From positions 1 through 57,390 of the forward strand of contig JANOTL010000010.1 in the NCBI GenBank assembly GCA_031416315.1: a DNA stretch of 57,390 nucleotides. Reading direction: 5' to 3'. The notes beneath the pieces are model-generated. The model searched no databases. It saw nothing but the letters and a program-made list of their open reading frames with translations, and was not told where the DNA came from. This DNA is from Pseudomonadota bacterium (GTDB lineage: Bacteria > Bdellovibrionota_B > Oligoflexia > Oligoflexales > CAIYRB01). The translations under genes were made by a program, and so were the position numbers. Of the stretch, positions 45,864 through 54,481 are shown one piece after another. Each line of letters opens with the position of its first letter. Within the stretch, counting starts at the first letter, position 1.

Positions 45864-46391
45864 TCAGCCGCCGGGGATCAGCACGCTGACGATGGCGGGG
45901 CGGAGCAGGCGGCCGTTGAGCAGGTAGCCACGGGCGAACTCGTTGCCGACCGTCTCGACCGAGACGTCGCTCGAGTCGACGCGCTGGATGGCTTGATGAA
46001 CGTTCGGGTCGAAGGGAGTGCCGGCAGAGGTGATGGACTCGAGTCCGTGCTTCTTCAAGGAGTCGACGAGCTGGCGTTTTGCCATGCGCATGCCTTCGAT
46101 GACGGAGGCGGAGTCCTCGGTCGTCGTGACGTCATCGGGTAGGGCTTTGTCGAGAGTGTCGAGCACCGGCAGGAAATCCTTGAAGGCACGTTCGAGCGCG
46201 TACTTGCTCAGCTCCGCCTTATCGCGCTCAGCGCGGCGGCGGATGTTTTCCATCTCAGCAAGGGCACGTAGGTACTTGTCTTTGAGGTCGGCGGATTCTT
46301 GCGCGAGGCGCGCAATCTCGTCGTCGCGGGGGTCGGCGGAGGGCTCGGGGGCGGAGTCGGGGGACTGGTCTTGCGTATCTTCATCTTCCAC
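45864..46391 (-). CDS. grpE: Nucleotide exchange factor GrpE
   Basis: YLRALAEMENIRRR, FLPVLD, FDPNVHQA, GYLLNGRLLRPA.V; GTG after AAGGAA (alternative ATG at 46412). Confidence 0.95.
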   Translation of the reverse strand: MEDEDTQDQSPDSAPEPSADPRDDEIARLAQESADLKDKYLRALAEMENIRRRAERDKAELSKYALERAFKDFLPVLDTLDKALPDDVTTTEDSASVIEGMRMAKRQLVDSLKKHGLESITSAGTPFDPNVHQAIQRVDSSDVSVETVGNEFARGYLLNGRLLRPAIVSVLIPGG

Positions 46392-46612
46392 GGGACGTTC
46401 CTTTGGCTGCATTCTGCGCAGCAAAGGTAACGCTGAGATCCGTATATTTCAATCGTATGCGTTTCGAAGCGTCAGGGAAAGTGGGCAAGAATTTCTGCGA
46501 ATAAAACGACGCACGCCTTTGAAAGCCTTCCGCAAAATAAATTTGGTCGATCGTTGACAGGGTAGGTGCCCCCTGCTAGTTAATCTCTCTCAAATTCTGA
46601 CGAGCACTCGCT

Positions 46613-47035
46613 GTGAAAACGCCGACTCTGGAGAGTGACCCCGTGGACAACCTCGTCTCGCCCTCGCAGAATTCTTCCGCTCTCGAGATCGCGAGCAAAG
46701 AGACCAAAACGCCGGCCGTGAAGTCGGTGAAGACGCCTGCTGCCGCGACTGCTGCGGAGAGTGGCTCCAGCCAAATCGATCAAGACCTCGCCGTGCGCCT
46801 CGACAAGTACGCGCTTGAGGCGATCGTGGAGCTGAAGATCTCCCGCTTCTTGGATCAGATCGGCAGCTATTATCCGGAAGACCTGCATTCGTTGATCATG
46901 AAGAAGGTCGAGAAGCCGCTTCTGGGTCAGATCCTGCGCCGCACGGGCGGGAACCAGGTGCACGCCTCCAAGATCCTCGGGATCAACCGCAACACCTTGC
47001 GGAAGAAGATGAAGATTTACGGCTTCTCGGGTTAA
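46613..47035 (+). CDS. Fis-family helix-turn-helix protein
   Basis: VEKPLL..LRRTGGNQVHASKILGINRNTLRKK; TTGACA-17-TAGTTA upstream. Confidence 0.85.
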   Translation: MKTPTLESDPVDNLVSPSQNSSALEIASKETKTPAVKSVKTPAAATAAESGSSQIDQDLAVRLDKYALEAIVELKISRFLDQIGSYYPEDLHSLIMKKVEKPLLGQILRRTGGNQVHASKILGINRNTLRKKMKIYGFSG

Positions 47036-47055
47036 TTGCCCAGGAAAAGTCGCTT

Positions 47056-47091
47056 GCGAAGCCCGGGTTGCTCGATGCACCCGGGTTTCGC
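47056..47091. terminator. Hairpin between the convergent fis-like gene and dnaB
   Basis: GCGAAGCCCGGGT / ACCCGGGTTTCGC inverted repeat. Confidence 0.65.
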
Positions 47092-47094
47092 AGT

Positions 47095-48420
47095 TTAAGT
47101 GAACTGCAAGTTTGTGAATTTCATGAAGTTCGGTGCGAACGCCAAGCTGACGTCCTCGAGCGCGCCGTGGCGGTTCTTTGCGATCTTCACGAGCGCTTTG
47201 CCGGCGTCCTCGGAATTCGGATTATAGTACTCGTCACGGTACAGGAACATGATCATGTCCGCGTCCTGCTCCATCGAGCCGGACTCGCGCAGGTCGGAGA
47301 TTTTCGGCGTCTTGTCGGGGCGGCTGTCCGGCCCCCGGTTGAGCTGCGCCAAGGCGATCACGGAGATCTGCAACTCCTTTGCGAGAGACTTGAGACCCAT
47401 CGAGATCTCGGCGATCTCGCGCTCTCGGCTTTCGTTCTTCTTGGTCCCCGAGCCGGACATGAGCTGCAAGTAGTCGATGACGACGAGGTCGAGACCGCGC
47501 TCTTTCTTGTAACGGCGGCAACGCGAGCGCAGCTCCAGGATCGAAAGCCCCGGCGTGTCGTCGACGCCGATGTTCATGTTGTGGACGGCCTGCGAGGCGT
47601 GCATCAGCCGGTCGAGCTCCTCGTCCAAGAAGTCGCCGCGGCGGAACTTCGAGGCGTCGATCCGGGCTTCGCTGGAGAGAATCCGGAAGATGAGCTGGCT
47701 CTTACTCATCTCGAGCGAGAAGAACGTGACCGATTTCCCTGAGGTCGTGGCATTGACGGCGCAGTTGAGCGCGAAGGCCGTCTTTCCCATACCCGGACGG
47801 GCGGCAATGATGATCAGGTCGGAAGGTTGCCAGCCGCCGGTGATCCGGTCGAGGTCGACGAACTTCGACGGCACCCCGGTCATCTGGCCGGCCGCGCCGA
47901 TCTTCTTTTCGAGATCGGCCAGGGCGTCGTCCAGAGCCTTCGAGATGGGCACGATCCCCGTGGCGTCGTGGGAGTTGGAGATCTCGAGGAACTGCTTCTC
48001 CAGGTCGCCAATAAAGCCGGCGACGCTACCATCGTAGACCGTCGCCTTCTGGATCGTCTCCTGGCACTGCGAGATGATCTTGCGGAGGTAGTGGTGCTCT
48101 TTGACGATCTGCGCGTAGTACTCGACGTTTTGCGCGACCGGAGCGGCCTCGGTCAGCTCCACGAGGTACTGCGGGCCGACGTACTCGGCGTCAGCTCCCA
48201 TACGTCGCAGGCGGTCCGCGACGATCATGATGTCGGTGGGCTCGTTCTGTTGGTAGAGCTCGAGCATCGCCTGGAAGATCTGGCGATGGGCGTCGACGAA
48301 GAAGAACTCCGGCAGGAGCTTGTCGGCGACGAGGTTCAGCGCGTCCGGGTCGCGCAGGATCGCGCCGAGGACGGCTTTCTCGCCATCGAGAGAATGCGGC
48401 GGTGTGAAGGAGGACGACAT
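47095..48420 (-). CDS. dnaB: Replicative DNA helicase
   Basis: PPHSLDGEKAVLG, AARPGMGKT, FSLEM, IDYLQLM, DLRESGSMEQDAD, KNRHG. Confidence 0.97.
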   Translation of the reverse strand: MSSSFTPPHSLDGEKAVLGAILRDPDALNLVADKLLPEFFFVDAHRQIFQAMLELYQQNEPTDIMIVADRLRRMGADAEYVGPQYLVELTEAAPVAQNVEYYAQIVKEHHYLRKIISQCQETIQKATVYDGSVAGFIGDLEKQFLEISNSHDATGIVPISKALDDALADLEKKIGAAGQMTGVPSKFVDLDRITGGWQPSDLIIIAARPGMGKTAFALNCAVNATTSGKSVTFFSLEMSKSQLIFRILSSEARIDASKFRRGDFLDEELDRLMHASQAVHNMNIGVDDTPGLSILELRSRCRRYKKERGLDLVVIDYLQLMSGSGTKKNESREREIAEISMGLKSLAKELQISVIALAQLNRGPDSRPDKTPKISDLRESGSMEQDADMIMFLYRDEYYNPNSEDAGKALVKIAKNRHGALEDVSLAFAPNFMKFTNLQFT

Positions 48421-48441
48421 CTCGGGCCATTCTAGACATGG

Positions 48442-48466
48442 AAAAGGGCGCCGTACAAGGCGCCCT
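48442..48466 (-). terminator. Intrinsic terminator after rplI
   Basis: Minus strand AGGGCGCC-ttgtac-GGCGCCCT followed by TTT. Confidence 0.75.
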
Positions 48467-48510
48467 CGTCTTATGCGAATCCTGTTAGGGAGCTAGCGCT
48501 CTACGAAAAT

Positions 48511-48960
48511 TCAGACGGACTGGGCGACGACCCAGACTTTGAACTTCGCGGTGATCTCCGACTGGAGCTTCACCTGAGCGTGATAGACGCCGACCTTCTT
48601 GATGTCGTCGAGGATCGTGATGTCCTTCTTCGACACGTCGAGGCCTTCGGCTTTCAGCAGCTCTTCCAACTCCGCCGTGGTGACGGAGCCGAAGATCTTC
48701 TCTTCCTCACCGACTTGCTTCGTCACGGTGACCGAGGTCTTCTCGATCTTCGAGGCCAGGTCCTTCGCAACGGCGAGAAGCTTGTCGCGCTTCTTGCCGA
48801 GGATGCGTTGCTGGTGCTCGAGGGCTTTTTTGTTGGCTTCGTTGGCGACGGTCGCGAGACCGCGCGGCAGAAGGAAGTTGCGGCCGTAACCGTTCTTCAC
48901 GTTCACGACTTCGCCGATGGAGCCGAGGTTATAAACCTCTTCTTTCAGAATCAGGCGCAT
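48511..48960 (-). CDS. rplI: 50S ribosomal protein L9
   Basis: LGSIGEVVNVKNGYGRNFLLPRG, KIFGSVT. Confidence 0.97.
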   Translation of the reverse strand: MRLILKEEVYNLGSIGEVVNVKNGYGRNFLLPRGLATVANEANKKALEHQQRILGKKRDKLLAVAKDLASKIEKTSVTVTKQVGEEEKIFGSVTTAELEELLKAEGLDVSKKDITILDDIKKVGVYHAQVKLQSEITAKFKVWVVAQSV

Positions 48961-48963
48961 CGG

Positions 48964-49350
48964 TTATTCCTTCCGCTTCTTCGCTTCGGCTTCGCGCGCT
49001 TCACGCTCGATCCGGGCGAGGTCGTTCTTGCGAGCTTGGATGTCGAGGATGCCGTCCTTCTCTTCGTCGATGCGGACGAGGAGATAGCGCAGGACGTTGT
49101 CGTCGATGCGCATCAGACGCTCCATTTCAGCAAGGTGCTCAGCCTTACCGACGAAGTCGTAGTTCACGTAGTTGCCACGGAAGCTTTTCTTGATCGGGTA
49201 CGTGAGCTTTTTCGAGCCCCAGTCCTCGCGCTTCAAGATTTCTCCGCCGTCCTTGACCATGAGGCTTTCGTAGCCCAACAGGACTTTGGCAGATTCGCCT
49301 TCCGGAAGTTCGCCCTTGGTGATGATCGTAAAATCGTACTCGCGCAGCAC
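48964..49350 (-). CDS. rpsF: 30S ribosomal protein S6
   Basis: REYDFTII, DWGSKKLTYPIKK..GNY, IDDNVLRYL; GTG after AAGGGAG. Confidence 0.93.
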   Translation of the reverse strand: MLREYDFTIITKGELPEGESAKVLLGYESLMVKDGGEILKREDWGSKKLTYPIKKSFRGNYVNYDFVGKAEHLAEMERLMRIDDNVLRYLLVRIDEEKDGILDIQARKNDLARIEREAREAEAKKRKE

Positions 49351-49356
49351 AGAGTG

Positions 49357-49395
49357 CTCCCTTATGGTTTTGCAGCCCTGGGGCCGGCAAAGGAG
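49357..49395 (-). promoter_or_regulatory. Putative S6:S18 ribosomal leader RNA
   Basis: CUCCUU pairs with the SD AAGGGAG, enclosing a hairpin (UUUGCCGGCC..GGCUGCAAA) and an unpaired ACCAU (CCR) bulge. Confidence 0.55.
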
Positions 49396-49430
49396 AAGAG
49401 CGTTGTTTTCGTCGATCGACCGGGTGGTCG

Positions 49431-49973
49431 TCAACCTTTCTCGAAAATACCTTTGATCCGAAGCATGACGTCGGCCAGCATGGCCTCTTGCAAATTCAGC
49501 AGCTCGGGGTCGCCCATTTGACCGAGAACCCAGTCCGCGGTCTGGTGGCCCTCTTGCTCCGGCCGTCCGATCCCCAGCTTCAGGCGGTGAAATTCTGGAG
49601 GAATTCCGCCTTCTTCTAGGATGCTCCGGATCCCGTTGTGGCCGCCGTGCCCGCCGCCTTCACGGGCCTTCACCTTGCCCACCGGAACGTCGAGCTCGTC
49701 GTGCAGGACGACCAGCTCCCTAGGCTCCAGCTTGAAGAAGCGCATGGCCTCTCCGACGGAGCGGCCGCTGCGATTCATGAAGGTCATCGGCTTGAGAAGG
49801 ACACAGGGCTGTCCTAGGACCGTCCCCTTGGCCAACTCACCCCCGAACTTGGTGCCACCCTCCCAGTTGATCCCGGATTTCTCCGCGATCAGGTCCAGCA
49901 TGAGGAAACCCGCGTTGTGACGGGTCGTCTCGTACTTGGGACCGGGGTTGCCTAGTCCGACGAGAAGCTTCAT
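49431..49973 (-). CDS. pth: Peptidyl-tRNA hydrolase
   Basis: VGLGNPG..TRHNAGF, KPMTFMNRSG, HDELD, GGHNG. Confidence 0.97.
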   Translation of the reverse strand: MKLLVGLGNPGPKYETTRHNAGFLMLDLIAEKSGINWEGGTKFGGELAKGTVLGQPCVLLKPMTFMNRSGRSVGEAMRFFKLEPRELVVLHDELDVPVGKVKAREGGGHGGHNGIRSILEEGGIPPEFHRLKLGIGRPEQEGHQTADWVLGQMGDPELLNLQEAMLADVMLRIKGIFEKG

Positions 49974-50266
49974 TAGTCGGCGTAGGTCAGGTCCACGTGG
50001 AGAGCGAGGCGCTTCACCGGATGCAACTGCAGCTCAGTGATGAGGACCTCACGCTTCGTGCCGCCCAAAGACAAGTGGAACTTCTTGTTGTTCGCCGTCC
50101 ACGCCTTCGGCAGCAACTTCGGGTCGAGCTCGATGGGGGTCGACTTACCTTTGCTGTTCAGAACGGCCGGGATCTTGCCGGCGGCGCGCAGCTTGCGCGA
50201 GTCGCCCTTGTTGCCCGGCTTGCGCTCGGTCGCTTCGATGACGATTTCGGTCGTTTTGTCCGACAT
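49973..50266 (-). CDS. rplY: 50S ribosomal protein L25, short single-domain form
   Basis: SRKLRAAGKIPAV, QLHPV..LHVD; located between prs and pth. Confidence 0.9.
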   Translation of the reverse strand: MSDKTTEIVIEATERKPGNKGDSRKLRAAGKIPAVLNSKGKSTPIELDPKLLPKAWTANNKKFHLSLGGTKREVLITELQLHPVKRLALHVDLTYAD

Positions 50267-50367
50267 CTGCGGAACTCCTCAAACTGCCTAGAAAACTGAG
50301 CCCTAGCTTATACGCGCAGGACTCGCGGGTTTCAATGGCTTATTTGAACGTGAATTTGCCTGTAATA

Positions 50368-51303
50368 TCAGATGAATAGCGCGCTGATGGAGTCGTCGTT
50401 GTGGATGCGGCGGATGGCTTTCCCGAAGAGCTCCGCAATCGTCAGCTGCTTGATCACGGAGCAGGCGCGAGCCTCGGCGGAGAGCTGAATGGAGTCGGTG
50501 ACGACGAGCTCTTTGAGGTTGGAGCGCGCGAGATTTTCCAGCGCTGCGCCCGAGAGGACAGGGTGCGAGATGGCAGCTGCGACCGAGGTGGCCCCTGCTT
50601 CTAGCAGAGCGTCGGCGGCCTTCGTGATGGAGCCCGCGGTGTCGACGATATCGTCTATGATGAGGCAGTTCTTGCCTTTGACGTCGCCGATGATGTTCAT
50701 CACGGCGCTCTCGTTCGGGCGATCGCGGCGTTTGTCGACGATGGCTAAGCCGCAGTTGAAGTGCTTCGCCATGGCGCGCGCGCGCTCGACGCCGCCGGCA
50801 TCGGGAGAGACGACGACCGGGTTCTGCATGGTCGAGAAGTAGCTGGAGAAGATCGGCTTGGCGTAGAGGTGATCGACGGGGATGTTGAAGAAGCCCTGGA
50901 TCGCGCTCGTGTGCAGCTCCAGCGTCAAGACGCGGTCGAAGCCGGAGGCTTGGATCAGGTCGGCGGTGAGCTTCGCGGTGATCGGCGTGCGCGGCGCGCT
51001 CTTGCGCTCCTGACGCGCGTAGCCGAAATAGGGAGCGACGAGGGTGACGCGCGCGGCCGAGGAGCGGCTGCAGGCGTCGGCCATGATCATCGCTTCCATA
51101 ATGTGGTGGTTCGCGGGGCGCGAGAGCGGTTGGATGATGAAGACGTCGCGACCGCGGACGTTTTCCTGCAGCTCGACGCGCGTCTCACCGTCGGAGAACT
51201 GCGTGACGAGGGCTTGACCCACCGGGACGTCCAGCCATTCGCAAATCTTCTCCGCGAGCGGCCGGTTGGCGTTGCCTGAAAAGACGATCAGCTCGGCGTC
51301 CAT
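50368..51303 (-). CDS. prs: Ribose-phosphate pyrophosphokinase
   Basis: FSDGE, PYFGYARQ, VVSPDAGGVERAR, IIDDIVDTAGS. Confidence 0.97.
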   Translation of the reverse strand: MDAELIVFSGNANRPLAEKICEWLDVPVGQALVTQFSDGETRVELQENVRGRDVFIIQPLSRPANHHIMEAMIMADACSRSSAARVTLVAPYFGYARQERKSAPRTPITAKLTADLIQASGFDRVLTLELHTSAIQGFFNIPVDHLYAKPIFSSYFSTMQNPVVVSPDAGGVERARAMAKHFNCGLAIVDKRRDRPNESAVMNIIGDVKGKNCLIIDDIVDTAGSITKAADALLEAGATSVAAAISHPVLSGAALENLARSNLKELVVTDSIQLSAEARACSVIKQLTIAELFGKAIRRIHNDDSISALFI

Positions 51304-51328
51304 CAAGGTGTCCCCCGCTCAGGAAGAG

Positions 51329-51403
51329 TGGCTGGGGCGGAAGGATTCGAACCTTCGAATGCCGGAATCAAAATCCGGTGCCGTACCGCTTGGCGACGCC
51401 CCA
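51329..51403 (-). tRNA. tRNA-Gln(TTG)
   Basis: TGGGGCG/CGCCCCA acceptor stem, anticodon arm CCGGA-TTTTGAT-TCCGG, GGTTCGAATCC T-arm, encoded CCA; usual position before prs. Confidence 0.97.
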
Positions 51404-51449
51404 ACTCCGGACGACCATAGACCGCCCTTAGGCTCCAGTTCGTAACGTA

Positions 51450-54104
51450 CTAATTCGCAGGAGGCAAGTAGTACTGCGGCCGAGCTTCATCTCGCCAAGA
51501 AATCGCCCCGTCCAGGTCGAGGTCCATGACCCAAGCACCGACGGCGAGCTGCGGGTAGCCGAGGACGCGGTCGGACACTGGATCGATCACCAAAGTCTCG
51601 AAGGCCCGGCGCAAGGCGCGGCCGCCGAACTGCACGGTGTTGGCGAGATTGATCAGCTTTTCGCGGACAGCGGGCCCTAGAGCGACGCGCATCTGCCGCT
51701 CTTTGAGGCGCTCGTTCAGCTCCGTGACGAGACGGTCGATCAGCAGCTCGAGGTGCTTGCGGCCGAGGCGGCGGAAGACGATGACCTCGTCGATGCGGTT
51801 GACAAACTCAGGGCGAAGCTTGCGCGCCAAGGCGCCGCGGACCTCGGCCTCGTCGGCGTCCTCGGGGTCGCCGAAGGGGAGCTCGAGGTCGATGTTGGAA
51901 GTCATGACGATCAAGGCGTTGCGGAAGTCGACAGTGCGGCCGGTGCCGTCGGTCAAGCGGCCATCCTCGAAGATCTGCAACATGATGTCGAGGACGCGCG
52001 GGTTCGCCTTCTCGAGCTCGTCGAAGAGGACGACTGAGAACGGGTCCTGACGGATGGCCTCGGTAAGCTCGCCGCCGGCGCCGTAGCCGACATAGCCCGG
52101 AGGCGCGCCGATCAGGCGCGAGACGCTGTGCGCCTCCATAAATTCCGACATGTCGACGCGGATGATCTTCGCCTCGTCGGCGAAGAGCTCGGCGGAAAGC
52201 GCTTTCGCGGTCTCCGTCTTGCCGACGCCGGTGGGTCCAAGAAAGAGGAAGACGCCGATCGGACGGCGCGGGTCGTTGACGCCGACGCGCGAGCGGCGTA
52301 CGGCGCGCGCGACTTTCGCGAGCGCCTCGTTTTGGCCGTAGACGCGGCGCTTCAGGCGGTCTTCCATTTGCATAAGCCGGAAGCCCTCGTCCTCGAGCAG
52401 CTTCTGCGCGGGAATGCGCGACCAGACGGCGACGACCTCGGCGACCTCGCTGGCGCCGACGACCTGTCGGAGGAACGTGTGCTGCTTCTGCAGCTCGGAG
52501 AGATCGCGCTTGATCGCGTCGAAATCTTTGTCGAGGCGCGGCATCTCGTCGTACTGCAGGCGCGCGGCGAAGTCGAAATCGGCCTGTGACTTCGCGTTCT
52601 CGTAGAGCGTTTGGCTTTCCTGGCGGCGCTTCTCGGTCGCCTTCATTTTCTCGAGGAGGTCTTGGTGTCGGCGCCAGATGTGCTCGAGGCGCGACCGGTC
52701 GATCTTCGCCTTCTCCAAGCGGACGTCGAGGGCGGCGAGTTGGTGCGCATTGCCGGGCCCCAGGGACTTGCGCTCGATCTCGATTTCGCCGATGCGCGAG
52801 CGGATCTCGTCGAGGACCGCGGGGACGCTGTCGATCTGCAGGCGCAGACGGCTCGCCGCCTCGTCGATCAGGTCGATCGCCTTATCGGGAAGCTTGCGCT
52901 GCGTGATGTAGCGTACCGACATGTCGACGGCGGCGACGAGCGCCTCGTCGTCGATTTGAACGCCGTGATGGATCTCGTAACGCGACTTGATGCCGCGAAG
53001 GATCGCTAGCGTGGTCTGCTTGCCGGGCTCTTCGACGGTGATCGGCTGAAAGCGGCGCTCGAGCGCCGGATCCTTCTCGATGTATTTGCGGTACTCGTCG
53101 AAGGTCGTGGCGCCGAGGCACTGCATCTCGCCGCGGGCGAGCGCGGGCTTCAGGAGGTTGGCCAGGTCGGCGCCGCCTTCCTGGTTGCCGGCGCCGATGA
53201 GCATGTGGATTTCGTCGATGAAGAGGATGACTTTGCCTTTGAGGGCCTCGAGCGCCTTCAGCAGGTTCTTGACGCGGTCTTCGAACTCGCCGCGGTATTT
53301 GGCGCCGGCGAGGAGGCTGCCCAGGTCCAGAGAGAGCACGGATTTGCCGCGCATCGTCTCGGGGACGGAACCTTCGGCGATGCGGAGCGCGAGGGCCTCG
53401 GCGATCGCGGATTTGCCGACGCCGGGCTCGCCGATCAGCACGGGATTGTTCTTTTTCTTCCGGCCGAGGATCTCGAGGACGCGGCGCACTTCGGCGTCGC
53501 GGCCGATGACCGGATCGAGATCGCCGCGCTCGGCGGCGGCGGACAGATTGATCGTGTACTGCCGAAGGTCTTTGTCGATTTTCTCGGGGAGCTTGCCGTC
53601 GTCGGCTTTCTCGGCCTTTTGGGCTTTCGCGTCCTTCTTCGGGTCCGCGGCCGATTTCACCGACTTTGCCGTGGACGGCGGGCGGTGGCCCGGGTCGACG
53701 ATCGTGGGATCCTTCTTGCCGTCGGGGTCCTGCTCTTCCTGCGCCATCTTGACGAGGAAGGTCTGGATGACGGTGGACTGGCGGCAAAGGGTCTCCCAGA
53801 GAAGATCCGAGGGGACCTGCCGTTGCGCGCCGGCGGCAGCCTCGCAGGCATCCAGCGTTGCGTCGAGGCGGCGGCCGAACTCGACCTTGAAGTTGCCGTA
53901 GAGGCGCGGCGCGCGGGAGAGATGGTTCTCGATGTGGCGCTTTAGACGCTCGTTCATCCGCGCGCGGAGGCTTACGGCGTCCGCGCGAAGAAGAGCCAGG
54001 GCGACGTGCTCCACTTCAAGGAACTGATGCCCGAGGGACCGTGCATACTGCAGTCCCTGGTGCAAAGCCTTCTGGCAGGCGAATTCGTAGCGCGAAACGT
54101 CCAT
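51450..54104 (-). CDS. clpB: ClpB-family AAA+ ATPase/disaggregase (possibly a paralog)
   Basis: Two AAA modules (GEPGVGKS/FIDEIH; GPTGVGKTE/FDELEKA), KYRG and GYVG pore loops, coiled-coil M domain; shortened N-domain. Confidence 0.85.
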   Translation of the reverse strand: MDVSRYEFACQKALHQGLQYARSLGHQFLEVEHVALALLRADAVSLRARMNERLKRHIENHLSRAPRLYGNFKVEFGRRLDATLDACEAAAGAQRQVPSDLLWETLCRQSTVIQTFLVKMAQEEQDPDGKKDPTIVDPGHRPPSTAKSVKSAADPKKDAKAQKAEKADDGKLPEKIDKDLRQYTINLSAAAERGDLDPVIGRDAEVRRVLEILGRKKKNNPVLIGEPGVGKSAIAEALALRIAEGSVPETMRGKSVLSLDLGSLLAGAKYRGEFEDRVKNLLKALEALKGKVILFIDEIHMLIGAGNQEGGADLANLLKPALARGEMQCLGATTFDEYRKYIEKDPALERRFQPITVEEPGKQTTLAILRGIKSRYEIHHGVQIDDEALVAAVDMSVRYITQRKLPDKAIDLIDEAASRLRLQIDSVPAVLDEIRSRIGEIEIERKSLGPGNAHQLAALDVRLEKAKIDRSRLEHIWRRHQDLLEKMKATEKRRQESQTLYENAKSQADFDFAARLQYDEMPRLDKDFDAIKRDLSELQKQHTFLRQVVGASEVAEVVAVWSRIPAQKLLEDEGFRLMQMEDRLKRRVYGQNEALAKVARAVRRSRVGVNDPRRPIGVFLFLGPTGVGKTETAKALSAELFADEAKIIRVDMSEFMEAHSVSRLIGAPPGYVGYGAGGELTEAIRQDPFSVVLFDELEKANPRVLDIMLQIFEDGRLTDGTGRTVDFRNALIVMTSNIDLELPFGDPEDADEAEVRGALARKLRPEFVNRIDEVIVFRRLGRKHLELLIDRLVTELNERLKERQMRVALGPAVREKLINLANTVQFGGRALRRAFETLVIDPVSDRVLGYPQLAVGAWVMDLDLDGAISWRDEARPQYYLPPAN

Positions 54105-54111
54105 GCTCTGG

Positions 54112-54139
54112 GCATCGGCGCGTTTCGTCCCGGATTTTA
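54112..54139 (-). promoter_or_regulatory. Sigma-28-like promoter 7 nt before the clpB ATG
   Basis: TAAA-16 nt-GCCGATGC; no SD between promoter and ATG. Confidence 0.55.
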
Positions 54140-54146
54140 GCCGAAC

Positions 54147-54395
54147 TTACTCGCCGGCTTCGACCAGCTTCACTTTCAGGTCGTGAACCAGCTGGGAGAT
54201 CAGCTTGGCTTCCTCGGGGGAGAGGTTCCCTTTCGTCTTCTCCTGGAGAAGGTCGAGGATGTCGATATTCTGCCGGGCCAGCGGCAGATTCTTCTGTGGG
54301 GGCTTCTTGCCCTCGATCGGCGCCTCGCCGAGGTAATAGAGAGCGGCCGACGAGAAGCCGAGGACTAGACCGGAGAAATCGACGCTTTTTTCCAT
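54147..54395 (-). CDS. DUF1844 family protein
   Basis: F..LV..SSAALYYLG, NLPLARQNIDILDLLQEKTKGNLSPEE. Confidence 0.85.
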   Translation of the reverse strand: MEKSVDFSGLVLGFSSAALYYLGEAPIEGKKPPQKNLPLARQNIDILDLLQEKTKGNLSPEEAKLISQLVHDLKVKLVEAGE

Positions 54396-54430
54396 GACTT
54401 ACCCTCTACGGCAGGAGGAAATCCTACCTC

Positions 54431-54458
54431 TAAACTCGGGCCCCGGTCCAGCCGATAG
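54431..54458 (+). promoter_or_regulatory. Sigma-28-like promoter of the FHA gene
   Basis: TAAA-16 nt-GCCGATAG followed by an AAGGAG RBS. Confidence 0.65.
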
Positions 54459-54481
54459 CCAAAGGAGAAGATTGGCGGAAA

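Noticed and set aside
51404..51449. No ispE upstream of tRNA-Gln-prs, and no fmt beside def
   Set aside because: Gene-order differences that cannot be interpreted without the rest of the genome
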